Part shown: one piece after another, positions 13,720 to 25,070 of the stretch
How positions within the stretch are numbered: the first letter of the stretch is position 1
Layout: every line of letters starts with the position of its first letter
Made by a program: the position numbers and the translations under genes
Origin: Vicugna vicugna
Lineage: Eukaryota
Direction of reading: 5' to 3'
Length of the DNA stretch: 64,000 bases
Assembly (NCBI GenBank): GCA_013265495.1
Contig: MU058687.1
Span: 3,226,001 to 3,290,000 of the forward strand
The notes under the pieces: model-generated
The model's input: only the letters and a program-made list of their open reading frames with translations
Told to the model about the DNA's origin: nothing
Databases searched by the model: none

Positions 13720-14225
13720 TATCAGTTAAGACTCTTTGCATTTCGAGTTTTGAAACTAAATTCAAATTAGATCAAGAATAGAGGAGGTTTGGCTCACATA
13801 ACCAAAAAGACTAAGGGTAGATCTGACTGGATCCAGGTGATCAGGAATCTGTCTCCATCCTTGGTTCAGCATCCCTCTGAGTTGGCTTCATTCCCAGATA
13901 GGGGTTCACCATGTGATGGTAAAGATGGTTCAGGGTTGGCAAGTTTGCCATGGACAAGCTTTAAAACCTCAGTTGAGAGAGAATGCCTTTTTTCTGGAGT
14001 CCTAGCGAGAGTCCTAGGTAAGCTCCCATTGGCCCAGCTCAGGTCACATGTCTCAAATGGATGCTGGATTGATTGGCCAGGCCTGAATCTTGTGCCCACC
14101 CACTCCTCCAATGCTGAGCTACAGGCCCTGAGAATGGGAGACTGGTTTCCCAAATAGGAGAGATGAGTGTGCTGTTACCAGAAAAAGGGGTGCTGGACAG
14201 GCATAAACAACAGATGTCCATTATA
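13720..14225 (-). mobile_element. MaLR LTR (MLT1 family, old)
   Basis: ttggctcacataaccaaaaag...gattgattggccaggcctgaatcttgtgcccacc...acaacagatgtccattata. Confidence 0.65.
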
Positions 14226-14660
14226 CTGCTTATGTTGAATATGATGGTAAGAAGCAGGAGGTAGGAATGTCAAGGAGAGTCTCAACACTTTTAGAAGATG
14301 TTATAAGAAATACAGGTTTTAGGTGCTCCCTCTTCCCCAAACCTAAGCTCCAAAATTTACCCCAAATTTATGTTAACTTAAACTGATTATAGTGATTAAA
14401 CTTTATCATCTTCAACATATCATCATCTCAAAGCAATTAATTAATATCCTCTGTGTACATAGTTATGTAAGAAAAATAGAAATATCATCTCTGTTTACTC
14501 AGAATTTACTCTTTGAGACTACGTTAATCATGACAAAGAACTCAGAGACAACTATACCAGCTCTGAATATGTTATGTATTGTCAATTTTAAATGACATAA
14601 ATTGAATTGTACTATATAAAGTATACATCAATTTTTTTAAATAATTAAAGGAAAAATGAT

Positions 14661-14760
14661 GGGGGGAGAAGGTAATAACTTAGTGGCAGAGCACATGCTT
14701 AGCATGCATGAGGTCCTGGGTTCAATCCCCAATACCTCCATTAAAAAAAGAAAGAAAGAA
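14661..14760 (+). mobile_element. tRNA-derived SINE (camelid type)
   Basis: A-box-like TAACTTAGTGG, B-box GGTTCAATCC, A-rich tail, TSD GAAAAATGA. Confidence 0.88.
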
Positions 14761-16173
14761 AAATGACATAAATAAGAAGATTCATTGGTCCCTAGGCAAT
14801 GTGGCATGTGCATTCTGTGGAGAAATGAGGTTTGCATATTTAAACAGAATTGGTTTAAGGTGAGGCAGCTATTTCTTTTCCACTTCATTATTAAACTCTT
14901 CAAAGATTTTGCTGTCTTCTCCGTCACTCTCTATATATGTACTTGACAATGCTGCATATTCTTGCACAAAATAACTTCCTTTAAAATGAACTTTTGGGGC
15001 TCTTCTTCCTCCATCCTCAATATTTCCTAACTTTTTCTCACATTTTTCCCTGTCTCGTATCATCCCCCAAATCAATTCTGATACCTCATGTCTGGGGGAG
15101 CCATTTTAACCTGTATCTAGAAGAGTGCCATTCTGTTGTTTATGCCCTCAGGGTGTCTCCAAAGCCACACAAGTTCTCTCAGTAAACGTCCTGAAAAGCA
15201 CCAGAGTTAGAACAAGCAGTGGGGATACAACAGAGGTGCCCAAGTGGTTGACAGGGAAAAGGAATTTTCTTGTACCTACTTTGAGACCCTGACACTCTTA
15301 ACATTTCAAAAATAGTACACTTCTGTTTTCTATCAGTAACACCTTCTAAAACATAAGACAACTTTAGAGTCACCTTCTATTTCAATCCAAACCTGCCTTT
15401 CCCCATGCTGCCATCCCATACTTATCTGCCAGTCTGTATCTCACATTTGAACTGGTTGCTCTTCCGTCATCCATTCTACTCTTCCTTCACTGGTTAGCAG
15501 TCACATAGTTAGAGTTGGGTTAACTGTTTCCCAGGGTCTTGCCACAGTGATTGATTCGGGGACAGACACAGGAGCTTAGTTGATTCAACTGTGGTAAGAC
15601 AGGAGATTTTGGTTCCATGGTTGGGGGAAGGAAATCTATCTGTTCTTATGGAAGGTGCACAGTATGAATATGAAGCCTACAGCTACTGCAGCCATTTGGC
15701 TACCACGAGGAAAACCCAAGTAAGGATGACACCAGCATCAGGAAGTGAGCAGAGTGGTTCATGGACATATGGAGGCAGTGCTTTGATCAAACCATGCCTG
15801 AAGCCTATCTCTAGACATTTCAACTATATTGAGTCAAGAAATTCTCTTTAATTGTTCATGCCTATTGAAATTTTTTAAATTGGAACTTAAAGCACCCTAT
15901 CACAATCTTTCAGCAGAATCTTCTTTCACAACATTATTGAGGTATAATTGACATCAAGTAAACTGCATATATTTGAGTATAAGATTTGATGGGTTTTGAC
16001 AATATACACACCTATGAAGTCATCTCCCAAATCAAAATAATGAACACATTCATCAGCTTCAAAGATTCCTAGTGCCCTTTTGGAATCCCTCTCTCCTTCG
16101 CCAATCTCCTGCATCCCCAGACTTTCTATCTAGTTTGCATTATCTAGAATTTTATATAAATGGAAGGACAGAG

Positions 16174-16680
16174 TGCCATAGATTAAATATTTGTGTCCCC
16201 CCAAAATTCATATGTTAAAACCCTAATCCCCAAGGTGATGGTATTAGGAGGGCAGGCGTTCAGAGGAGGTGATTCCAGATGTCTGCCTGAGATCCCTCAA
16301 CAAATAAAATACATTCTTTACTGGGCATGTTTCACCTAACAAACTAATGGCCCTAGGTAATGCTCAGGCTGGCCTGTTTCAGCCCACCTTATCAGAGTCA
16401 AACCCCATGGCTCTTCACGGACCCTAAACCTCTTACTTCACCTACAACCAATCAGAGACTTTTGTACAAGCTGATCAGGCACCTTGAGACCCTATCTTCT
16501 AACACACCCCAACAACTGGCCTTCAGTGTTCACACATGCATCTCTTGTCTATGTGGCCCACTGCTGTCTATGGCAGCATACCCCTAATAAACAACTTTTC
16601 TATTCTCACATTTCATCTGGTAAGTTCTTTTATCAACCCACATGTCACCATGTCACTGACTGGCCACCTCATTGTGCACA
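16174..16680 (+). mobile_element. MLT1A-like 5' fragment (16174-16274) joined to an ERV LTR-like segment
   Basis: tttgtgtccccccaaaattcatatgttaaaaccctaatcccc (MLT1A/MST start), then a segment with ccaatcag and AATAAA ending ...tgtgcaca. Confidence 0.55.
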
Positions 16681-17860
16681 AAAGAATTGTCAATATGGCA
16701 ATGCTTCCCAAATGGATCTACAGATTCAATGCAACCTTTATCCAAATCCCAGTTGCCTTTTTTTTTTTTGGAGACATTGACAAGCTGATCTTAAAAGTCA
16801 TTTGGAAGTACAAAGGACCCAGAATACTCAAAACAATCTTTTTTTTTTAAACAAACTTGATAAAGAAGAACAAAATTAGAGGACCTCACAATTCCTGATT
16901 TCAAAACTTACTGTACAATTGCAGTAATCAAGACATTGTGCTAGACAATGATAGACATATGGATCAATGGAACAGAATTTAGAATACAGAAAGAAACCCT
17001 AATATTCATGATCAATTGATTTTCAACAAGAGTTCCCAGACCATTCAAAGGGGGAAAGAATGGTCTTTTCAACAAATGGTGCTGGCACAACTAGATATCC
17101 ACATGTAGAAGAGTGAAGCTGAACTCTTATCTCACACTATCTACAAAAATTAAGCCCAAATGGATCAAAGACCTAAATGTAGAGCTAAACACTATAAAAT
17201 CATTAGAAGAAAGGAATGGTATAAATCTTCATGACCATAAATTAGGCGATGGTTTTAGATATGACACCAAAAGTACAAGCAACCAAAGAAAAAATAGATT
17301 GAATTTCATCAAAATGAAGAACTTTTATTCTTCAAAGGACACCATTAAGAAAGTGAAAAGACAACCTACAGAATGGGAGAGAATGTTTGCAAATCATATA
17401 TCTGATCAGAGACATATCTAGAGTATGGAAAGAGCTCTTATAATTTAATAATAAAAAGACAAATAACCTGATTTTAAAATGGGCAAAGGATTTGAATAGA
17501 AGGAATGCCTAATAACCAAATGGAAACATGCTCAACATCATTAGTTATTTGGGAAATGTAAATCAAAATCACAATGAGATACAACTTCCTAATCACTAGG
17601 ATGGCCAGAACTAAAAGCCAGACAATATCAAATGTTAGTGAGGATGTGGAGGAAATGGACCCTCAAACATTGCTGGTAGGCTTGTAAAATGGTGCAGCAG
17701 CTTTGGAAAACAGTTTGGCAGGTCCTAAAAATGTTGAACATAAGGTTTAGCATATGACCCTGCAATTTCACTCCTAGATACCCACCCAGGAGAAATGAAA
17801 CATATGTCAACACAAAAAGTTGTATACAAATCTTCATAGCAGCATCATTCACAACAGCCA
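16681..17860 (+). mobile_element. L1 ORF2 C-terminal fragment, degenerate
   Basis: Translations RIVNMAMLPKWIYRFNA and KWIKDLNV...KDTIKKVKRQPTEWERMFANHISD are L1 ORF2p; frame is broken by stops and frameshifts. Confidence 0.93.
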
Positions 17861-17950
17861 CCTCCCTGGGGAGGAATGAAGAATGTAGCAATCTTCATGG
17901 CAGCATCATTCATAATAGCCACCTCCCTGGGGAGGAATGAGGAACGCAGC
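17829..17950. repeat. 61-bp tandem duplication at an L1 boundary
   Basis: aatcttcat(a/g)gcagcatcattca(c/t)aa(c/t)agccacctccctggggaggaatga(a/g)gaa(t/c)g(t/c)agc, twice. Confidence 0.9.
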
Positions 17951-18391
17951 AGGAGGTAAACCGGAGAAATGTGGAAAGAGGCACTCTCTTTTTTAACAGG
18001 AGTCTTAGTCAAGATTCTTTTGGTCAGAAGTAACAGATACAGTTAAACTTGTTTAAATGGAACAGGAATTTTGAGGAAGGTGTGGCACTGTTTGTTTTAT
18101 AGGTAACACTAACTCCCTTCCCTCCTCCCTTTTTCTTTGCTGATTTTTGTTCAGGTACAGGGAGGAGATCCCTTGATTTCAGAGAAGCAAATGTCCTGCC
18201 AACCACATGAGTTATAATTGGTCTAAGCTAATCATGGAAATCTAATTCGTCTTTGCCAGGCACTCACTTTTCCAGCCTCCCTTGCAGGTAGAGTAACTAT
18301 TCAACCAGTTCTAGCCAATTTAATATAAGAGGAAGTCTTATGGGGAGCTTCCGAGAAACAGGTACTTTTCTTTATTAACAAAAATTGAGCC

Positions 18392-19210
18392 GCTGCCAAG
18401 ACCAAGGTGGCTGCAAGACTCATCACCTTCCTCCAGAATGCTTGGGCCAAGGAGTCGGTGCTGGTGGCATTTTTCACCATCAAGGTCTCCCAATAAATCT
18501 GCCCACACTCAGCCCCTACACCTGCTATGCCATCATGATCATCCAGGCCACACCCTACAACTACCCAGTGCCCTTCTGAGATGATGGTGAGACAGGAGGG
18601 AAAGGGACAAAGCACAACCATTAAAAGAATGATGTAGCTGTTGAGGATATGACGTAAACTGGTCAGACCCAACTAGGTTCAAGGTGGTGGAAGATTCGAC
18701 TTCCAGTAGACATTGAGCCTCATTATAGGCTCATTGTAATATGTTAACATGCTAAATGACACACCTACCGGCGTCATGTCAGTTCCCAGGGTGACCATAA
18801 AAGGCCAAAAACTGGGCAGGCCAATTCCTGGAAATCCCCGCCCCTTCCCCAAAATAATTGGAATAACCCTCCTGCTTCTTAGCATATAAAATCACTCAGC
18901 CTGTTTAAAACTGACCACACCTGCACCCTGGAGTTGCTCTCCCTTCTGAGACCTCATTCTGTCTATGGAATGTATATCTCTTTAAATAAACTTGCTTTTA
19001 CTTTACTAAGGTTTCCTATTGAATTCTTTCCTGCAAGAGAAAAGGATCTACTCTCCAGTAACAATGGGAACAAGTCCTGTGTGCCCAGTCACCCCAGGGC
19101 CCAAGCTTGGAGAAATTGTAAGCACCTCCACTGACAGGAAGAGGCCCCCTCCCCTGTGGCCCCCAATAAAAATGTGAAAACAAAAACAAAACCCAAACAA
19201 ACAAAAAAAA
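18392..19210 (+). pseudogene. NDUFA3: Processed pseudogene of NDUFA3, split by a solo LTR
   Basis: Intronless. (V)[24 protein letters not shown], frameshift, [29 protein letters not shown] | LTR | NKSCVPSHP, frameshift, QGPSLEKL*. Resembles NDUFA3 (FLKNAW.KEPVL...[37 protein letters not shown]). Start ATG->GTG at 18407; AATAAA 19165-19170; A-rich tail; TSD AAAAATTGAGCC 18380-18391 / 19206-19217. Confidence 0.93.
18588..19063 (+). mobile_element. Solo LTR, probably ERV1 class (476 bp)
   Basis: TG...CA termini; 4-bp TSD ATGG (18584-18587 / 19064-19067); TATAAA 18885-18890; AATAAA 18985-18990. Confidence 0.88.
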
Positions 19211-19899
19211 TTGAGCCCCTTCCCATCTCCTCTTTTCCTTCTTACTTGATGCGATGATGTGAAAACATGACGTCTGGAGCTTGAGACCTCGAGGCAACAT
19301 CAAGCACAAGAATGGAAAGCCAGCATGCTGAATGGCATAGCCAAAAGGTAGAGCGAGCCTGGGCCCTTGATGTCACAGCTGAAATGAAAACATCCTGTAT
19401 GCCTGACTTCAGACTTTTTAAAGGAAAAAACATGTCCTAATGGTTCAAGCAACCATCATTTAAGTTATCTTTTACTTGCAGTCGAATACATTCTATCTCA
19501 CACAGACTTATATACCCATTCACTGTGAATCTTCAGGAATCCAGGGGTACCTGCTTTCAAAGGTCAGGAAGCAAGAACTGGAAAGCTGTCACACCTAGCG
19601 AGTTACTCTCTTCTAGCCTCCTCTCTGCTTCTCTCTGAGAATTTGTGTCCTTTTTTAATCTCCACAGATGAGTTTCACTGATTCAACATTTACACGGAAA
19701 AGCCCTCTCTGTCTGCATTCCCTGCACACAAGAGACCAGCTCAGGCTGCAGTTAGCATCTCAAGCTCAGTTCTGAAGTCTAGGAAAGAGAATAGGTTTGA
19801 CCCGGTTGTTAGTTACATTATGTGCCTGGCCCAGTTAACACCATGGAGGCAAGGTCAGGTTCTCAAATTCAAACATGGTGGCCAAGCGCCCACCCAGAA

Positions 19900-19926
19900 G
19901 TGTGTGTGTCTGTGTGTGTGTGTGTG
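19900..19926. repeat. (TG)n microsatellite, interrupted
   Basis: gtgtgtgtgtctgtgtgtgtgtgtgtg. Confidence 0.9.
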
Positions 19927-20379
19927 AAATTCTCAGAGACAGGTGAGCTATGGGCTAAAAGATAACCCGAAGTGTCTATTACGTTGGGTGAGGAAGAAAG
20001 AAAGTGAGCTAAAGGTCAGGTTGAATATGTTAGGGAATGGGTAGGAAGGGGCCAATCAACCTGAAGATGAACAGATTCCAAAAGCAGGTGAGAAGCTGAG
20101 AGATACAGCCATTGCAGGGGGTTGCTGAAAATTCCTCAGTAAAGAAGTCAAAACTTGATCTTGTAAAGACTTCTCTCCAGTGAGTGAGGAAAAGAGGTGG
20201 TGGGTAAAGAAATAAGAAGGAAGGAAAGGACTGGTCCTAGAGAAAAAGTTGTCACAGAGAAAACAGCCGGTTAGATTAGGTGTCCCTGGAACCTCCTAAC
20301 CGCACTCCACCGGAGAGTGAAAGCTGGGACTTGAGATTATTTTAGGCTGAAGTCCCACAGAGAACTCGTGTTTGTGTGC

Positions 20380-21010
20380 GTTCCCTAGCAATCACTGGCA
20401 GCAACGTTTCTGCCTAGAAAAGGTCACTGGAACAGATTGGGGTCAGCCTTAATACTGTTTCCCCAGAGATCAGAACACTGCTGATAAGGGCAGTGATGGT
20501 GGGCGATCGTGAGTCGGGCAGGGAGCGATTCCGAGAAGGGCGCGGGAGGAGGGGCTGCGGTCGTGCTAGGGTGTGGTTTCCAACGTCCTTTCCCTCTCCT
20601 CCGGGTGCTGGGAAGGGTCAAGGGCAGAAAGGATGCGCTGGCGCCCGTGCTAGCGGGAGAAAGTGAAACTTGTATTTGGAGAAAGCACCGGAAGGAAGTG
20701 GGGGCGGCAAGATAGCAGGAGTTTGGAGTGATAGTTGGACAATTCTGGGAAGGCCGATTTTCATCCAAGTCTCCCTTCCTCCCTCTGTCCCTCCCTCTGT
20801 CTCTGCATTCCAACATGGTCCATCCGCACAGCACCTACCCCTCCCTCTCTTCCCTCCCCGCTAACCCCGGCCCAACACACCCCTCCTTCCATCACTGCTC
20901 CGCTCCTTCCTCCTCCGCTAACTCCAGGAGCGATCAAGCCTGATTCGTTCACCACGAACATCCAGTGTGCGCTCTGCACGTAGAAGGTGCTCCACAAATA
21001 CTTCTTTAAC
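20380..21010. promoter_or_regulatory. Orphan CpG-rich promoter/enhancer-like element
   Basis: CpG density clearly above the flanks; GC box GGGGGCGG near 20700; X-box-like GTTCCCTAGCAAT 20380-20392; no recognisable repeat or gene. Confidence 0.55.
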
Positions 21011-21421
21011 GAGTGAATGGAATTTTGTGACTAAAACAAACACATAAACAAGACATAAATATACTGAGCATCTAATAAAGGGGTATTCGGGGAGGAAAGT
21101 AAACTTTTATACCATTTCGGCTCTACTCTTTGGAATGTTAGTGTTGAATTCGTTTTGTGCTGAGTAAGGAGTGAGGAGGCAGGAGAAAGATTTGGAATTT
21201 AGTGGTTTCCCAAATTAATTCGTAGGAGGAGAACCTTTTGTTTAAATGAAATTTCACCTGGAAGCCTAAAGAAATAAAAGAGATTAAAAACAATAAAAAG
21301 ACAACGGTTGCTCTCCTGCCCCATCCTCAGCTCTCCTGCCCCATCCTCACCGAAGAGCTGAATTTAATACACACTTACCTACTGCTACTCCAGGGTTACT
21401 GATAAAGAACTGAAGCCCAGA

Positions 21422-21553
21422 TGGATGTGAACTAAAATTTTTATGGTAATCATTTCACAGTATATGTGTGTCAGGTCATTATGCTGTACACCTTATACAG
21501 CATTGTATGTATATCTCAATAAAACTGAAAAATAAATTATTTAATTAAGAAAA
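21422..21553 (+). mobile_element. Short L1 3' end inserted in a MIR-like fragment
   Basis: ggtaatcatttcacagtatatg...tatatctcaataaaactg; near-identical TSD AACTGA(A/G)GCCCAGA 21408-21421 / 21554-21567. Confidence 0.75.
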
Positions 21554-21654
21554 AACTGAGGCCCAGAGAGGCTAAGTGACTTCCCAGTGTCACACATCAA
21601 AGAAGGAAAGAAAGAGGGCAACAACTAAGAAAACACATGAATTTGAGTAAAAAG

Positions 21655-21985
21655 CCAACTGAAAACTATGGCCTGTAGGCCATATTCTGCCTGCTATCTG
21701 TTTTTGTACAACCTGAGAGCAAAGAATATTTGTTTACATTTTTAGGTGGTTAAAAAAAATCAAAAGAAGAATATTTTGTGAGAGGTGAAAATTACATGAA
21801 ATTCAAATGTCAGTGTCCACAAATACAGTTTGATTGGTACCCAGCCATGCCCATTCACTTACTCCTGCTTTCCCAACTTTTTAGTGTAAAATGAGTAGTT
21901 GGAACACAAACTGTTTAGTGGCTCGCAAACAAACCTTGAAATATTTACTATCTGGCCCCTTACAGAGAAAGATTGCTGCCTCCAG
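21655..21985 (+). mobile_element. MER58B-like hAT-Charlie DNA transposon
   Basis: aactatggcctgtaggcc...tgaaaattacatgaaattcaaatgtcagtgtcc...aaatatttactatctggccccttacagaga. Confidence 0.75.
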
Positions 21986-22812
21986 GTCTGGAATTCTCAG
22001 CAATTCCTTAGGTTTTCAACGGCTTCGGAAGGCCTTAGATGCTGGGGTCTGGATAGGGTGTGTGAGGGATGAGTGTAGGGTGTGTTCTTTGGTTAAAGGC
22101 TCAGAAATCAAGGGCAAGTTGAGGGCCAGCTGTAGGGAGTGAAGAAAATAAGGCAGGCCTCATGTAAGATATTCTGTGGTAATTATGAAATTAGGGACAA
22201 CCTGGCTTTCTGAGACTCTCCCATAATCTGTTCTGGGCACTGATTCTAAACAAAGGGATGATAAACAAGTGTCTAGGGTGCTGCACTACACACCATAAAT
22301 TACAAGAACACTGGTAATTATGGCCGACAATGTCAGTGTCTCCCAGGCCCTGCCCTTCCTCCTATTATATTAACTAACTTTATTGAGCATTTTCTCTGTG
22401 TCAGGCTCTAATGCTGAGTGCCCTTCAAGCATTGTTTCCTCTATGGGCTTAATGTCCTTTTTTTAATTTTGCAAGTGGGGAAACTGAATCTTAGTGAGAC
22501 TATTGTTACATTTTGGCAACTGAGCAAGAAAGTAGGTGGGGTCAGGATTCAAATTTGGGTCAGACTAATTTTATAGTGTCTTCCTTAAGCAGCACATTAT
22601 ATTGTCAGTGATAAGAGCTGGATATTTTTTAGTCCATGTAATGTCCCTGAGAAGGGTCTGATCAGGAAAAGGGAAACCACTGTGAACACTTGAAACAGAG
22701 GGAGTTTAATGCAGAAAATTGGTGATAGAAAAGCTGAGAAGCCCAAAGGAGACAGTGAGAGCCCAGAAATGAGTAATGCTGGGCAGCTACTAGCACTCCT
22801 CAGCTGGAATGG

Positions 22813-23180
22813 TGTCTTTGTCTGTTCTAGCTGCTATAACAAAATACCACAGACTGGGTGGCTTACACAATAGAACTTGATTTCTCACAGTTCTGGAGGC
22901 TGGAAGTCCAAGATCAAGATTTCAGCCAGGTAGGATTCATTCTGAGGCCTCTCCTCTAGGCAGCTGCCATCTCACTGTGAAGTGCTTGAGGGAGGAGAGA
23001 AAGAGGGGGAGAGAAAGCTCTCTGGTGTCTCTTATAAGGATCAGGACTGCATCCAGATGACCACATTTAACCTTAATTACCTCCCTATATGACCTGTCTC
23101 CAAATACAGTCATGTTGAGGGTTAGGGCTTCAACATATGGATCTGGGGCGGAGGCGGGGACATAAACATTCATTCCATAC
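22813..23180 (-). mobile_element. MLT1A-like MaLR LTR, nested in an older LTR
   Basis: gctgctataacaaaataccacagactgggtggctta...ctcacagttctggaggctggaagtccaagatcaag...gttagggcttcaacatatg. Confidence 0.8.
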
Positions 23181-24479
23181 AGAAGGGTAAAGAAGGGAGA
23201 TGGTGTCAAGGAGCCCAGGATGGGGTCAGTTGGTTTAAGTCAGAACTGTGGAGGGCCTGCTCGGCATGAGCTAGAAGCACAGGAAAGATGCAGCAGCTGC
23301 TAACAATCTGCCCAAGGCAATGAGAAAAGGGGAAATTACTCTGACCTTTCCATTCTCCTGCCTCCTAATTTCCAGTCTTCCATTAGCCCAGCCCAGCAGG
23401 AAGCCAGCTGACTTGGGAAGTCCTGGGAAACGTAGTCTACAGGAAGCTTTGGCACAGAGTAGGGGGAGGAGGTAAATAGATCTGGGGCTTGGACTGGCCC
23501 AAAGAGCTCCTTAGAAATTCTCCGTCACTATGCTTGACACACATAGCTTGGGTTGTCATTACTCAAGAGCTGTGGTGATTGCCTACCAAGAACTCACAAT
23601 GAGTTAAAGTATAAATTCAACATACACATGATGAAAACATTTCTAAAATATGTTTGTTTTTAAAGGGCCAAAAGGCACATATATACTATGATCCCATTTG
23701 TGTGTGTCTTATAGTAATTAATACTAGCTGTTGTAATAAGCAATTCCAAAGTTTCCATAGCCTGACAGAATCACAGATTATTTTTCATTAGCATCACAAT
23801 CTAACATGGGTTAGGGGTTCTCCCAAGAGGTTCCCTTCCAGATAGTGACTCAGGGGTCCAGGATCCTCCCATCCTGCGGCCAGGCCTTCTTAGAGTCCTT
23901 CATTCCTGTGCAAACAGCGAAAGCCATACACACAGCTGAAGGACTGTACAAAAGATCAGGCAGGTTCCTGTAGGGGATCCTTGTGGAGGTGATGTATATC
24001 ACTTCTGCTTACCTTCCAGTGGCCAGAGCTGTCTCGGAGTTCAGTTTAATTGCATGGGAGGCTAGGAAATGTAGTCTTCCTACAGCCCTAGGAAAAAAGA
24101 AAAGGGCTTGGTCCACATGTCCCTTCCTTTGAACACTTGAGTGGAGAGTCCCGCACTGAATATGCGACCCCTGCCTTCATCTCTGAGTCTGTGGAGACTC
24201 CTCCTCTAACTTTTTCCCAAAAATATTTTGCTGCCTTAATGACATCCCCTTCTCACCCCTCCTTTTGAGGCCTATCCTTCTCCTGCCCCCCCATTTCCTT
24301 ATACCAAGGAGTATGTCCCTTGTTCTCCCCTTCCTTATACTTTGATATTGGGGTCCTTTTTTATACAGGAAAAACAAAGAAAAAAGAAAAGAAAAAAGGG
24401 CGTGGTGAGCCACTGTTAAAAAATAAGCAAACACTTGCTAGTATGTGCATTAAAATGTTTCTGGATGAATATACATAAA

Positions 24480-24655
24480 CAGGACCAGCTACATAATTTG
24501 GCAGCCCAGTGGAAAATTAAAATGGTAGACCCTTGTTCAAAAATTATTAAGAATTTCAGCATGGTAATGGCACAGAGTTAAACCAAATACAGAGTCCTTC
24601 CGAGCATGGGGCTCTGGGTGGCTGCAGAGGTAGTACACCAATGAAGCTGGCCCTG
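24480..24655. mobile_element. MER45A-like hAT MITE
   Basis: Terminal inverted repeats CAGGACCAGCT ... AGCTGGCCCTG; internal cccttgttcaaaaattattaagaatttc. Confidence 0.7.
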
Positions 24656-25024
24656 ATACCAGACTCCTAACAGGATTACTTCTGCAGAGTGGTCCTGGGG
24701 ATTGGAGAAGGGAGGGAGAATTAACTTATTATATTATACTCTGGCATTTTTTTTTCCAGGTACTTGTATTACGGAAATAATTTTTAAATATTTCACTCAT
24801 AGTGGATTTGAGCTGAGACATATACTACTACCTAAAAGAGGCAGAATGCCTTCTGAATTAGCAGAACTCGAAATAGTAGCCTGTTTGAAGCCATTGGCCT
24901 ATTTCAAGAAAGAATATGTCTGTTGGAAATGGGTTGGTCAGCGACGGGCGCTTAAAAAAGGAGATGCAAAAAAAGCAAACCTTGGCAGTTCCCCATCTAA
25001 GCTTTGTCCTGGGAGGCTGATCTG

Positions 25025-25070
25025 ATATACATACATATATATATATATATATATGTGTGTGTCTGTCTGT
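25025..25070. repeat. Compound (TA)n/(TG)n microsatellite
   Basis: atatacatacatatatatatatatatatatgtgtgtgtctgtctgt. Confidence 0.9.

Larger units (their letters stand above)
18081..19504 (+). mobile_element. Ancient ERVL LTR (LTR16-like), interrupted by the NDUFA3 retrocopy
   Basis: Motifs such as attggtctaagctaatcatgg, ttccagcctcccttgcag, cagttctagccaat and the end ttacttgcagtcgaatacattct occur on both sides of the retrocopy TSDs. Confidence 0.6.

Noticed and set aside
16536..17421. ORFs resembling a reverse-transcriptase-associated protein
   Set aside because: Broken L1 ORF2 fragments, not a host gene or intact element.
21310..21349. 20-bp tandem duplication (similar 18-bp one near 37495-37530)
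   Set aside because: Ordinary slippage duplications with two copies and no spacers; not a CRISPR-like or functional array.
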